Below are positions 51,514 through 64,000 of a DNA stretch of 64,000 nt, one piece after another. The notes under the pieces are model-generated. The model did not search any database. It was not told where the DNA came from and saw nothing but the letters and a program-made list of their open reading frames with translations. Numbering within the stretch: the first letter of the stretch is position 1; each line of letters starts with the position of its first letter. The stretch comes from Chrysomallon squamiferum (Eukaryota > Animalia > Mollusca): NCBI GenBank assembly GCA_012295275.1, contig CM022677.1, forward strand, positions 12,524,001-12,588,000. The letters are read 5' to 3'. The position numbers were made by a program, and so were the translations under genes.

Positions 51514-52396
51514 CAGTATTCCCTCGCTATTCGCGGGGGTTACGTTCTTTACCCCCCCCCCCCGCGAATAGCGAAAAACCGCGAATATTGGATGCAGTTT
51601 TAAAACGTCTATTATGAGATTATATACGGTACTAAATGCTTTCTAAAGACACTCTTACTCATTAATACAGTAATAATGTAGTAATATTGCAGTTATGTAT
51701 TTCACTAATGTAGTAATGATAATGTAAACACATTTTAATTTTGTACTGAAACAATATTTTAATCAGAAAGAAACGTAAGTACAGGAGGACAGTAACACCG
51801 CATAGCATAGTTACCCATACTGTATTACTGTACCGTAAAGTCATTTTCTATGCGTACAACATATGTATTAGAATTGACAGAAAGTGGAACAAATTTAAAG
51901 GCAAACAGACAGATAAATACAGTACGCACAGTTCAGGTAATAATAATACAATTCAGTAATAATATGCAATTAAAAACATTATTAATACACGGTCACAAAA
52001 AATATGCACTGTACATACAGTGTATGCATTTACAAAAAAAATACGTACTGTATTGCAATAATAATTGAAAAAATTTGATATTGTTTGTACTGTCACCAAG
52101 AATGAATGATAATAAAATGATGATGAAATTTGCAGTGCCATACGATGATGATGATAACACTAAGGTACAGTATGGCACAGCTTAGCTGCTGCTTTACAGC
52201 ACTTTAGGTAATTATTCTAACTCTTCAGGCACTTAAGTCTCTATGACCTACAAAATCCCGGTTTACCGAGCATTTGTTTTTATGACGTTATGACGCTAGC
52301 CTGGTATACCAGCATACGATGCGATAGGGTTAAGAGCCTAACCCGCGAATATGCGGGGCCGCGAATGGGGAACCGCGAACAGGTGAGGGTATACTG
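51514..52396. mobile_element. Non-autonomous pogo/Tigger-like MITE, 883 bp
   Basis: TIRs CAGTATTCCCTCGCTATTCGCGG and (rc) CAGTATACCCTCACCTGTTCGCGG; TA on both sides (51512-13, 52397-98); repeated ccgcgaat subterminal motifs at both ends; AT-rich non-coding interior. Confidence 0.88.
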
Positions 52397-53567
52397 TATA
52401 TATAAAAATCATTTTATTGAGTCTTATTTGTCCAGATAAAATATATTACAATTGATTTAACACTTTAAATATTTTGATTTCCAAATTTAATTCTATACGC
52501 CTCCAACATGAATAAATAATATTACTCCAGAAGAACTTACTTTTTTTTTTCTTATGAATATCTATTACTGACATTTTCAACTTTCAAGCTGACGATTATG
52601 CACTATAATAAGTTATAAGAAATAAAAATTAAAGCAATGTGAAATGACGACAATAAGTAAAGTTTAGCGTGTGACAAAAACAAGAAAAACAATGACTTTT
52701 TAATTGTATTTTTGTTTTTATTTTTATTTATTTAAATTTTTATTTTTTTATTCTCGGTCAGTAACCCTACTGGAATTGAAAAGGAAAAACAATAGCAAAT
52801 ACAAGGTTATACAGTTATCTCCCATGATAACTTGTTCCGTTAACCAACCGATAATTTTTTAACTTAACTAAGTTCGTTAGGTTTGTTGGCTGTCTTCACT
52901 CTAGCTAATTTTTGGGCGATTATCCCAAATGTTTTTGGTGACCTTGCGTCGGGCCATTTCGAGCTCTGGATTATCACGGACCAATGATTTTAAAAAAAAG
53001 CTTAAAATAGGAAACTCATTGCTTTAGAAGTTGAATGCTTTTTGTTTTAACGAAAAAGAGTGAAAACTTAATTTGTAACTAATTGTTTTTATACGGCCTG
53101 TTGACGGACCTTTAATTTGTTTTTGTATTTTATTTTTGTATTTCTTATTTTCTGTTGTAAAACTGCATCAAGCATTATAATGAATGTATCAAGGCAATCA
53201 TTCAAATAACACGTGATCAATTTGCTTTTTACATGTAATACGACCTTTAATGCATTGTAAATGGGACTAATAATTATCAACAAGTAAAAACGAATTATAA
53301 TGGTTTCAAGTATTGTTTTACAACTACGTACTCAGAACAGTCCGCTATGGAGTTTTAGCAGAGTAACGTGTCCACATTATAGTACCTAATGAGAACAATC
53401 ATGTTCATATTCACGCGCCAGAGTCTGTGAAAATTATTATTATTAATATTATTATTATTATTACTGTGTTTGCCCTCCATGTTATTATTATTTCTGTCTT
53501 TTTGTCCTTGCATTTTTCTATTATAAAGCAAAATAAGAAAGAAAAAATAACAATATTCACACACACC

Positions 53568-53612
<45 letters not shown>

Positions 53613-53872
53613 TTAGCAAATTTGTATTAAAAACATGCTTATCTTTTACAGAATGTTTGTGAACTGTGGTTTGTTCTGGAACAATACCTTATAGTCATTA
53701 TGATCAGTTAGTCAAATGAAAAGAAATATCTATTTATTTTCTATCAGTTTTTAATTCCAACCCCCCACACATAAATGAATAATATTTTTTAAAGAAATAA
53801 TAATAATAATAATAATAAAATGAACCAAAGTATAATTAAACAAGATAATCCTAATTTCTTTTTATAACCACG

Positions 53873-53934
<62 letters not shown>

Positions 53935-54057
53935 AATGAAAACCCAAATTAAAATTCACATTTTAATTTTTCATATATTCAATATAAAGAAATATTTTGC
54001 TTAAATTGCTTACAGCTGCATGAGCTGTGAAAAAAACAGATCAATAATTTAACACAT

Positions 54058-54213
54058 TTATGAAGGACAAGGAACATAAGCTGAACAAGACTTGGTAATT
54101 CTGTTATTACTGGTGATTTGGTTCCACATCTGCCCACTGCCTCCACGTGTCAGTGAACAAAGGCCAATCTGTTTATAATCAGTCCATGATGCCCATATTT
54201 AACACGACATGAT
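54058..54213 (-). pseudogene. Last TSP1 repeat of the TSP1 exon in copy 2 (the rest is lost in the gap)
   Basis: Minus strand reads WASWTDYKQIGLCSLTRGGSGQMWNQITSNNRITKSCSAYVPCPS*; paralogous to 59296-59450. Confidence 0.65.
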
Positions 54214-54413
54214 NNNNNNNNNNNNNNNNNNNNNNNNNNNNNNNNNNNNNNNNNNNNNNNNNNNNNNNNNNNNNNNNNNNNNNNNNNNNNNNNNNNNNNN
54301 NNNNNNNNNNNNNNNNNNNNNNNNNNNNNNNNNNNNNNNNNNNNNNNNNNNNNNNNNNNNNNNNNNNNNNNNNNNNNNNNNNNNNNNNNNNNNNNNNNNN
54401 NNNNNNNNNNNNN
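54214..54413. other. Assembly gap (200 N)
   Basis: Exactly 200 N. Confidence 1.
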
Positions 54414-55231
54414 AATCAATTAAATATGTTTAATAATGTATAGAGGATGAATTTAACATGAATTTAAAAAAAAAGAAAATCATAAAAAAACTGACAGAAA
54501 ACATGTGAAACAAAATTAGCATATGTTTTTAAAAAGTTTTATTAGTTTATTTCAAAAGAATAATATTAATAATAATAATAATAATAATAATAAATTAATT
54601 AATTAATAAATAAATCCTTTGACAGTCGACACATAGTTGTCGTGTGATGTGTGCTACACAAGTCAATTTATTTTTAAACAAATTTAATTACTGGTCACAC
54701 ACAATTTGCACCCGATATATCATACAGTGATTGGTAAAACAAAATTAAAGACTAAACATGATTTCTTATTTACATGACGTTGTTTACGCTGTTCACATTA
54801 GTACAACCACTGGTGAATTTTATTACTGATCGAGAGTCGTTATTTGCAAAAAAAAAATTGAAAATAAATAAATAAATAAATAAATAAATATTATTCCAAA
54901 ATAAGATGGCTGCCATCACGTGTATGACTTTTAAATTATAATTAAATAAAACGAAAAATATCCAAACACATTAACAACAATAATAATAAATAGTAATACC
55001 TGTCTCCTTCACAAAATGAAATACATTAAGCAACTTTTTTGTTGCATGATAATGCGATTATCCCAATGCTGTAGAATATTCTTGGAACATCCAACAAGAA
55101 AGTAAATCCGCAAAGACAGAAATCATCCCGCATTTTTCCGCAAAAAAAGAAAAAAAAAAAAAAAAAAACAAAGATATTAAATTTATGTTCAAAACAAATA
55201 AAATAAAAAATAATAAATCGATGTGGTTCTT

Positions 55232-55278
<47 letters not shown>

Positions 55279-55499
55279 TATTTTATTATTATTAGCCAAT
55301 CGTTCACCGTAAACTTCAAATAAACGGTGTTGTTATTTTTTTTTTAACCTACTTTTTTTTTCTTCTTATAATTTATATTAATGCACCAAATAAAACCACA
55401 AAGCTTACAACTCACACTAGAATAAGTTGCTTATTATTGTCCTGGAATTTACCAATACATCTGAAAACATCTGCTCTGAAAAAAATAAAAAATATTCTT

Positions 55500-57098
55500 T
55501 TTCCTTTCATTAAGTATGACAGTTCGTGTGCACATCCTACGTTAAAAAATATCGTTACGCTTTCTATTAATGAGGACGTCATTGCCGTCGTTCCAGTATT
55601 GTTCTTAACGTCTTGGTGTACATCTCGTTATTCTTTTTCGCTTTTTATTCGCTGTTCTCTTATTTTGTGGCCGTGCGCCTCCTGTATTTCTATTAATGTA
55701 GCCGTCGCTACCGTCGTAACGGCATTGTTTTCATTTTTATTAACTATTATTCATACTTGTTTTAATGTTCAAATCTTACACTAAAATGCATTATTACCAT
55801 TTCTATCAATATCACCATCGTCGCCGTCGTAACGGCGTTGTTTCTAGCTTTCGTAGAGGTCTCATTATTCTTTAGCTTTTTTTATTAATCGTTCCTCATA
55901 CTTTCTGAGCGGGCGAATCTCCTATTGAAATATGTTATTGTGATTTCTACTAATGTCGCCGTCGTTGACATGGTACGAACGCGGTTCCTAAAGTTACTCC
56001 TCATCATTCCTTTTAGCTTTTTTATTCGTCATTGCCGTCATTGCCGTCGTTCCAGTATTGTTCTTAGCGTCTTGGTGTACACCTGATTATTGCGTGGATG
56101 GGGAAATGGATCATTGAAAAGAAGTTGCTGCAAGGTAAGATTAATGTTCAGCAGACACAAAGACACACACAGATACTTGACTCAGCGTCATGAAAATACC
56201 ACTTGCAGTTTTAACGCAGCCATCACTATCTGTATTAGACGTCATTAGTTTCTCAACAGAGGTGTAGCGGTAATATTAACACACTGTTTTAGAAAATACA
56301 GCGTATGTTGTTTTTTAATGTAATGTGATAATTTTACTAATTCTAAATCGTGAACTAAAAAGGTGTAATTTTACTGTACGTCGAACACTACATAAAATAT
56401 TGATAATCACATATAATCTATTAGATATTAATGACAATCATAAATGATAATTTTACATGGCATAATGAAAATAAGCTGCTTAATTACGTGTAAAAAGAAA
56501 AAGGTGAAAATCAACTGGTAGTTGAGCGGTGATTTTTACTGTTAAGTATGTTGAGAAATGTTAATGTCAGATTTTGTTAATATCGAACAGGTTACATTTA
56601 AACATCTCTGAGTTAATTCCCTGGAATCACGACAGTTTATAGTGATTAGCTGAGAACAAACAAGGTTAACATGTTGTTTTATTATGATAATTGAAAATGT
56701 TTTTTCATTACATTCAAGGTGTACATCAGCGCAAGTTGTATAGTGTAATATACTTTAGATTTCATATTATACCTGAAGTTCTCTTATTACATTAGATTAT
56801 TAGTATAACCGCTCCACCAGTAATAATCTACATAACAAGCATTGTATTTGTCAATAATAGAACAATGACAACAATAATAACACCTTAATATCGCGCCTTC
56901 TCGCTTCTTTATTATTATTATTGTTATTATAGAATCTCATGTTACTATGGTGATAAAATAAAATATCACATATTGTCAGTAATATCAATACAGTAGAAAA
57001 TACAATCTTCATCTAGCATATCACGCTTTTCGGTATAGTCCTGTTTCTGTTAATAATAAAATTACTTAATATGAAAGACCATACAAGGAGAAGGACAT

Positions 57099-57142
<44 letters not shown>

Positions 57143-57930
57143 CAATGTAATGTGTTGTATAGCTAATGACATTACCGAAGGAATCCTATTTTTCATTGAA
57201 AATGTACACGGCATATTAAGAATTAAATTTTAATAACGTGAATATAATTTTAATGTTAATATTTCGTCTAAAGAACATATTCGTATTTAGATGTGGAGCG
57301 AACATATTACGCTTCTGTTTTACGTTAAGTTAACAAAATCATTCATAACGTTAATGTCGTTTATAATAAAATATTTCATTTTTCTAAGACAGAGCATTCT
57401 TTTTGATCAGGTTTGATGAATTCATAACAAACATTAAAACATTTCGCTCAATCTCAGTTTTGTCGTATACACAGCCGTGATGTTAGCTGAAGGAGATTTT
57501 CTTTCTTATTTATTTATTTATTTATTTTTATTTTGTCGTATATAAACGGTTGTGATTTATTTTATTTTGTTGGTTTAGTAATCGTTCTGAACACGTAAAA
57601 AAAAAAAAAAGAAAGCTATGTGAGAAGTTAATTGACAAATACATGCATTTAGTCATCAAACACTCACTAAAATATTGCCCAAGCCACGCTGAATCACGTA
57701 CATGTATGTAAAAGAAAAATAAGTAATACTGAGATGAATCTATCTAAAGAGAGAGTTATCTTTTCTTGATGATGAATATCAGCAGAGAGTCATACAAGGA
57801 AGGTATTATCTGAAACAATAATGCATTTTAATAGTACATTTTAACACGAAAGTAAAAATAACAGTTACTGAAAAAGGCAACATAACGAGGAGTAGAACGC
57901 AGGCACAACTCCAATGATGGCGACGTTAAT

Positions 57931-57978
<48 letters not shown>

Positions 57979-58730
57979 CATAATAATAATAGTAATAATA
58001 ATAATAATATATTTTAATATTGGGTGCGAACACTACGAAAGTCAGAACTACAATAGTTAATAACAAGCGGAACATAATAACGAGAAGTAGTTCAAAAATG
58101 TTTTGCACAATGCAGACACGACAGCAACCTCGGCGACATTAATAGAAACAATAATAATATATTTTAATGTGGGATGCGCACACTAACAAAGTGAGGAAAA
58201 CACTTAATAAAAAGCGGAACAGAATAATTAAAACTACTCCAAAAGCGTGAAGAACAACTACACGACGCCAGCTACGGCGACTATAATAGTAATAATAATA
58301 ATGTATTTTAATACAGTTTAACAAAGTTATTAACATGCGCAACAGGATAAAAAGAAGTAAACCAAAAACGTTAAGAACAATGCAGCCACGACGGCAATGA
58401 TAACGTCATTAACAGAAAAAAAAGTAATTTTAACTCATAATAATAATATATTGTAATACAGGAAGCGCACACTAAACAAGTGATATTAATAGTTAATGAA
58501 AAGCACAATAATTAAACTACACCGATAACGTTAAGAACAACGACGTCAACATGAACACAAATAGCAAATATATTTTGAAATAGGATCTACACACTAAGAA
58601 ATTAAGGACAGCAGTTAATAAAAAGCCCAAAAGAATAATGACAAAGACAAGAATACCGTGCAGGACAACGCAGACACGACGCCAACGACGGCGACAAGAA
58701 TAGTAATAATAATATGTTTTAATATAGTGC
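55500..58730. repeat. Two oppositely oriented arrays of the ~140 bp satellite (55500-56075 and 57830-58730) around a unique core; paralogue of 5200-8730
   Basis: ctattaatg...gccgtcgtt units on the left and cgacggcgaca...ataatatattttaat units on the right. Confidence 0.8.
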
Positions 58731-58738
58731 GCTTACAG

Positions 58739-59450
58739 TACGAAGGTAAGAAGCAGAATTGTTTATAGAAAGCGAAACAACACGCAGCATCAGAATTTGT
58801 AACAATGACAACGGTATCGAGAGTATGCAATAACGTCACAGCTAAACGAACAGATTGTTGTTCACTTTCACCAGCACTGAAACCAGACACATCAATAGCA
58901 AACAGGGGAGCATTGTCAGGATATACTTACATCGAATGATCAATCTCATGTGGTAATAGCATAAACAGAACTCAGGCAACAACAACAACGTGTCAGAATG
59001 ACATCCCATCTAAAACTGGTTGTGTGCAAAGTCCCCTGATGTAGACAGAACTGTTGTGGCTTGTCCATCAAAACCATGCCACATTGGTCAAGTTGGTCTG
59101 ACTTCACATCTATAACTCCATGTTCAGTAACATGTGGTTCCAATGGTTCAAGGACTCTGACTAGAAGAAGAGTATGTAACAATGAGGTACTGGAGGTTGT
59201 GGTCCTCAGTCTGAAGCAGAACAAAATAAAACAAAGGCATATTCTTGAGAATAAGAAAGGCTGATGAATCTCCACAGATACAAACAGAGCCTCAATCATG
59301 TCGTGTTAAATATGGGCATCATGGACTGATTATAAACATATTGGTCTTTGTTCAGTGACTCGTGTAGGCAGAGGGCAGATGTGGAACCAAATCACCAGTA
59401 ATAACAGAATTACCAAGTCTTGTTCAGCTTATGTTCCTTGTCCTTCATAA
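58739..59450 (+). pseudogene. Decayed exon with 3-4 tandem thrombospondin type-1 repeats (extracellular protein; parent gene not identified)
   Basis: Across shifting frames: RSIRICNND; SGYTYIE*SISCGNSINRTQATTTTCQNDIPSKTGC; RTVVACPSKPC; HWSSWSDFTSITPCSVTCGSNGSRTLTRRRVCNN (WSxWS, CSVTCG, RxRxC); GGCGPQSEAEQ; WASWTDYKHIGLCSVT...KSCSAYVPCPS*. Confidence 0.82.
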
Positions 59451-59584
59451 ATGTGTTAAATGTGTGCTTGTGTGTGTGTGTGTGTGTGTATGTATGTGTG
59501 TGTGTGTTTATTACTTTTTTCTTTCTTCTTATTTAATAGACAAATGCAAGGACAAAAAGACAGAAGCTCATAACATGGAGGGCA

Positions 59585-59724
59585 CTTGCCATGCCTACTG
59601 GGCAAGTAAAAATGATAAATCTGAAGCCAGTTTTGTCCACCTAGTTTTGCTTATGTCCGCAACAGAGGATATCAGTTTGACTTTACATGCAAAGACACAT
59701 ATCCTTTCATCTGTATGAGCAAAG
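59585..59724 (+). pseudogene. C-type-lectin-domain-like C-terminal exon fragment
   Basis: YWASKND, then (frameshifted) CPPSFAYVRNRGYQFDFTCKDTYPFICMSK followed by a GT donor at 59725. DxxCxxxxPFIC is the usual end of a C-type lectin domain. Confidence 0.4.
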
Positions 59725-59795
59725 GTTGGTTTTACATTATTCAATTTATATTACTATTATTATTATATGTATGGGTATAGGTATTAGTGTGTGTA

Positions 59796-59848
<53 letters not shown>

Positions 59849-60084
59849 AGAGAGGGAGATACATTATTTTTATAGTAGATGTGCCATTCTAATGTAGGGG
59901 ATAAAACTTCAGAAATAGACTGAAAGGAGTGTATGGCTAACAGTTTTCATAATTTAAACTCCAGTGACAACACAAGGTGTTTCTTCTTTTTTAAAATCAT
60001 CTGGTTATTTTTATTCTTTCTACTTTTAATGTTATTAATACGATGTCGCAAGCCAAACAAAACAAAAATAATAATAATAATAAA

Positions 60085-60300
60085 ACAGACTCACTGGCAG
60101 TTAGCACACACCACAGATTCTAATACAGCAGACACAGTGCCTCAGTTGGAAGAAACCGACTCACTCACAGGGCAGTACATACCACATTATCTAACATACT
60201 AGACAGAGTGCACTGGATGGAACAAAATGTACTCACTGACACGGCAGTACGTACCACAGTCTCTAATATACTCTCTACAAGGTGCAATGGATGGAAAAAA
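60085..60300 (-). repeat. Three units of the ~71 bp repeat; paralogue of 48930-49125
   Basis: gtgcctcagttggaagaaaccgactcactcacagggcagtacataccacattatctaacatactagacagagtgcactggatgg is the rc of ~49010-49095. Confidence 0.9.
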
Positions 60301-60859
60301 TGAAAACATTATGATTATTATTATTATTATTATCGGTAATTTATTTCTTACATTATGATTATAAAAAAAAATAATAATAATAAATAAATAAAATAAAAAT
60401 AAAAATATTAATTGCGGTTGCATCATTGTGAAAGTTTCAAAAGTAAGAAAAAATATATAGACATTACATTATGGGTAAGTTGTATTAGGATATTTGATAG
60501 AGAGAGAGAGAGAGAATTATAGATAATGTTAAAATACTTTTGAATCAAAATCATAACAATAATCATATTTTAAATGATTTCAAATAATCATAGTTTAAAT
60601 GCATTGAACTTGGTTTTCGCATACGCTTACGCAGTTATGAGACAACCCCTATGTTTCTCAATAATTACTGTATGGACAGGCAGGAATATCACTGGTTAAC
60701 AGTTGGGTGACATACAAAGAGATGAAATCCCATTTAAAATATGCCTCACAAACAAACTGATGATATCATTAACAGTTATCATTTTCTGATTAAGAACTGG
60801 ATACTACAGGAAATTCATTTTTTTTTTTTTTTTTTTTTTTTTTTCTGTTCTCCTGTGGA

Positions 60860-63065
60860 GAAACAGAACAGTGACACAACAAATGACAGAACAGATGACA
60901 GAACAGTGATAAAACAGTGACACAACAGTGACAGAACATATGACAGAACAGATACAGAACATGACAGAACAGTGACAGAACATATGACAGAACAGTGATA
61001 CAACAGTGACACAAAAGTGACACAAAAGATGACACAAAAGATGACATAACAGATGACAGAACAGATGACAGAACAGTGACAGAACAGTGACAGAACAGTG
61101 ATACAACAGTGACACAACAGTGACAGAACAGTGACACAACAGTGACACAGCAGTGACAGAACAGATGACAGAACATTGACAGAACAGTCAACAGAACAGA
61201 TGACACAACAGTGAAAGAACATATGACAGAACAGTGAAAGAACAGATGACAGAACAGATGACAGAACAGTGACAGGACCGTGACAGAACAGATGACACAA
61301 CAGTGATACAACAGTGACACAAAAGACAACACAAAAGATGACACAAAAGATGACATAACAGATGACAGAACAGTGACAGAACAGTGATACAACAGTGACA
61401 CAACAATGACAGAACAGATGGCAGAACAGTGACAGAACAGTGACAGAACAGTGACAGAACAGATGACAGAACTGTGACAGGACTGACAGAACAGTGATAC
61501 AACAGTGACACAAAAGTGACAGAACATATGACAGAACAGATACAGAACATGACAGAACAGTGACAGAACATATGACAGAACATATGACAGAACAGTGACA
61601 GGACTGACAGAACAGTGATACAACAGTGACACAAAATGACACAAAATATGACATAACAGATTACAGAACAGTGACAGAACAGTGATACAACAGTGACACA
61701 ACAATGACAGAACAGATGGCAGAACAGTGACATAACAGATGACAGAACAGTGACAGGACCGTGACAGAACAGATGACACAACAGTGATACAACTGTGACA
61801 CAAAAGTGACAGAAAAGATGACATAACAGTGACAGAACATATGACAGAACAGTGACAGAACAGATGACAGAACAGTGACAGGACAGTGACAGGACATATG
61901 ACAGAACAATGACAGAACATATGACGAAAAGATGACATAACAAATGACAGAATAGTGACAGAACAGATGACAGAACAGTGACAGAACAGATGACATAACA
62001 GTAACAGAACAGTGACAGGACAGATGACAGAAAACTGACAGAACAGATGACAGAACAGTGACAGGACAGATGACAGAACAGATGACAGAACAGTGACATG
62101 ACAGATGACAGAACAGTGACAGGACATATGACAGAACAGATGACAGAATAGATACCAGAACGGTGACAGAACAGTGACAGGACAGATGGCAGAACAGTGA
62201 CAGAACAGTGTCAGGACATATGACAGAACAGTGACAGAACATATGACAGAACAGATGACAGAATAGATAGCAGAACGGTGACAGAACAGTGACAGGACAG
62301 ATGGCAGAACATATGACAGAACAGTGACAGAACATATGACAGAACAGTGACAGAACATATGACAGAACAATGACAGAACAGATGGCAGAACAGTGACATA
62401 ACAGATGACAGAACAGTGACAGGACCGTGACAGAACAGATGACACAACAGTGATACAACTGTGACACAAAAGTGACAGAAAAGATGACATAACAGTGACA
62501 GAACATATGACAGAACAGTGACAGAACAGATGACAGAACAGTGACAGGACAGTGACAGGACATATGACAGAACAATGATAGAACATATGACGAAAAGATG
62601 ACATAACAGATGACAGAATAGTGACAGAACAGATGACAGAACAGTGACAGAACAGATGACATAACAGTAACAGAACAGTGACAGGACAGATGACAGAAAA
62701 CTGACAGAACAGATGACAGAACAGTGACAGGACAGATGACAGAACTGATGACAGAACAGTGACATGACAGATGACAGAACAGTGACAGGACATATGACAG
62801 AACAGATGACAGAATAGATAACAGAACGGTGACAGAACAGTGACAGGACAGATGGCAGAACAGTGACAGAACAGTGTCAGGACATATGACAGAACAGTGA
62901 CAGAACATATGACAGAACAGATGACAGAATAGATAGCAGAACGGTGACAGAACAGTGACAGGACAGATGGCAGAACATATGACAGAACAGTGACAGAACA
63001 TATGACAGAACAGTGACAGAACATATGACAGAACAGTGACAGAACATATGACAGAACAGTGTCAG
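60860..63065 (-). repeat. Mixed 11/12 bp satellite (tgacagaacag / tgacagaacaga), about 2.2 kb, with a 666 bp higher-order duplication
   Basis: Inverted paralogue of 42400-43803. Rare variants recur exactly 666 bp apart (tcaggacata at 62211 and 62877). Confidence 0.97.
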
Positions 63066-63401
63066 AATATCATCCAAAAGTGTATACACCTACAGCAGTA
63101 GAGAAACAAATCTCCAGCAGAATCATTCTTAGTCACTGCCGGCCTTCACGTGTAGTCAACAAGAGAAGAAAATGTAGAAGTTAAACACTGCAGAGAAAAA
63201 GGAGCTGAGTCTAGCTAATGCTGCAGAGTTGTTGCTAATTGCGAAAGAGGAATACTCCCAACTGAAGGAAGTTTGTTTGGCCAAGTTAAAAACTGGTAGA
63301 CTGTTGTCATTCTAACAAGCTCAATGAAGAATTATTCAACATGCAGTTAGATTTTAGTGACAAATGACCAACAAATGCCACTTCAGTCTGACCTTCAGCT
63401 T

Positions 63402-63449
<48 letters not shown>

Positions 63450-64000
63450 ACTGGAAACAGCTGTAAACATCACATCTCAGATTTGATAGTGTCCTATGGA
63501 ATGCAAACTTTTCATTAGTATTAAGGTATTAAAATATTAATTTGATATATTTCTCGTTTTTTACAATGCTTTTGCCTGTTTTTGAAAGTTCTGTCAGTGT
63601 AGATGAGCAGGGTTCGGCTAGATATCACCAGAGGGTGCTTGTGAAATAGAGATAGATAGGCTAACACATTTTTAATTTCATATTTTAACTTTATTATTCA
63701 TGTACAGCAGAAAACCAAGAAAGTCTTGGTTATAATAATATAGGCTTCAGCTCTTGTATTAGTTAAAGTTATAACAATCACAAGGAATATATTTAGTGAT
63801 TAGTTACAATTATAAGAAATATATTTAGTGATGTCTCTCCATGGTACCAATCCCAATAGTTTTGCCAAAAAAGGGCATCATTTGTTTACTTAAGTTTATC
63901 ATAAATAAAACTACTATAATAAAAATATAAAAGAACAAATTATTAATAATGGCATATAGTAATTTGTACGTGGGGATTCCTGAGACATGAAACTTATGTC

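Larger units (their letters stand above)
36709..54213 (+). repeat. Segmental duplication unit, copy 2 (longest; ends at a gap; left boundary may lie further left)
   Basis: 36709-42311 matches 1-4927. 41457-45000, 48930-49125, 53470-53610 and 54048-54213 match the reverse complement of blocks in 64000-59276. Confidence 0.93.
54414..64000 (-). repeat. Segmental duplication unit, copy 3 (inverted; runs off the window at right)
   Basis: rc 64000-63151 matches 4077-4927 and 41457-42311; rc 63150-59276 matches parts of 42312-54213; rc 59015-54762 matches 4929-9462. Confidence 0.95.

Noticed and set aside
52255-52334. piggyBac-like end (gatagggTTAA) inside the Tigger-like MITE
   Set aside because: No matching TTAAccct left end found nearby.
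60790-63089. 744-aa and other Cys/His-rich ORFs (also 42385-43862) that look like metal-binding proteins
   Set aside because: All three frames are open simply because this strand of the 11/12-mer satellite rarely contains stop codons, and the paralogous arrays do not conserve frame.

Overview
AT-rich, microsatellite-dense eukaryotic DNA, clearly metazoan and probably an invertebrate such as a lophotrochozoan (inference). Two 200-N gaps (9463-9662, 54214-54413) split it into three contigs. I find no intact protein-coding gene; the window is a mosaic of duplicated blocks and decayed gene pieces. Recognisable gene remnants: (1) an intronless prolyl 4-hydroxylase alpha copy (21160-22652, +) with its catalytic residues intact but with one frameshift and one TGA, plus a second inverted P4HA fragment; (2) an intron-retaining, internally deleted MCC (mutated in colorectal cancers) pseudogene (25317-28670, +); (3) decayed thrombospondin type-1 repeats in three copies and a C-type-lectin-like exon; (4) two unidentified decayed membrane-protein-like genes. 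Mobile elements: a Gypsy remnant, a Tc2-like MITE and a Tigger/pogo-like MITE. There are at least six minisatellite families. The dominant structure is one large unit present three times: 1-9462 (forward, internally deleted), 36709-54213 (forward) and 54414-64000 (inverted), with older partial copies at 18590-20040 and 29520-30600. The long ORFs in the ORF track at 42-43 kb, 47-48 kb and 60-63 kb are satellite artefacts. I cannot support a new functional system from sequence alone. The best leads are the gene-fragment-collecting duplicon, the foldback-like satellite cassette, the three-state palindromic 18-bp TATA array and the nearly intact P4HA copy. All protein identifications are from memory of the families, not from database searches.
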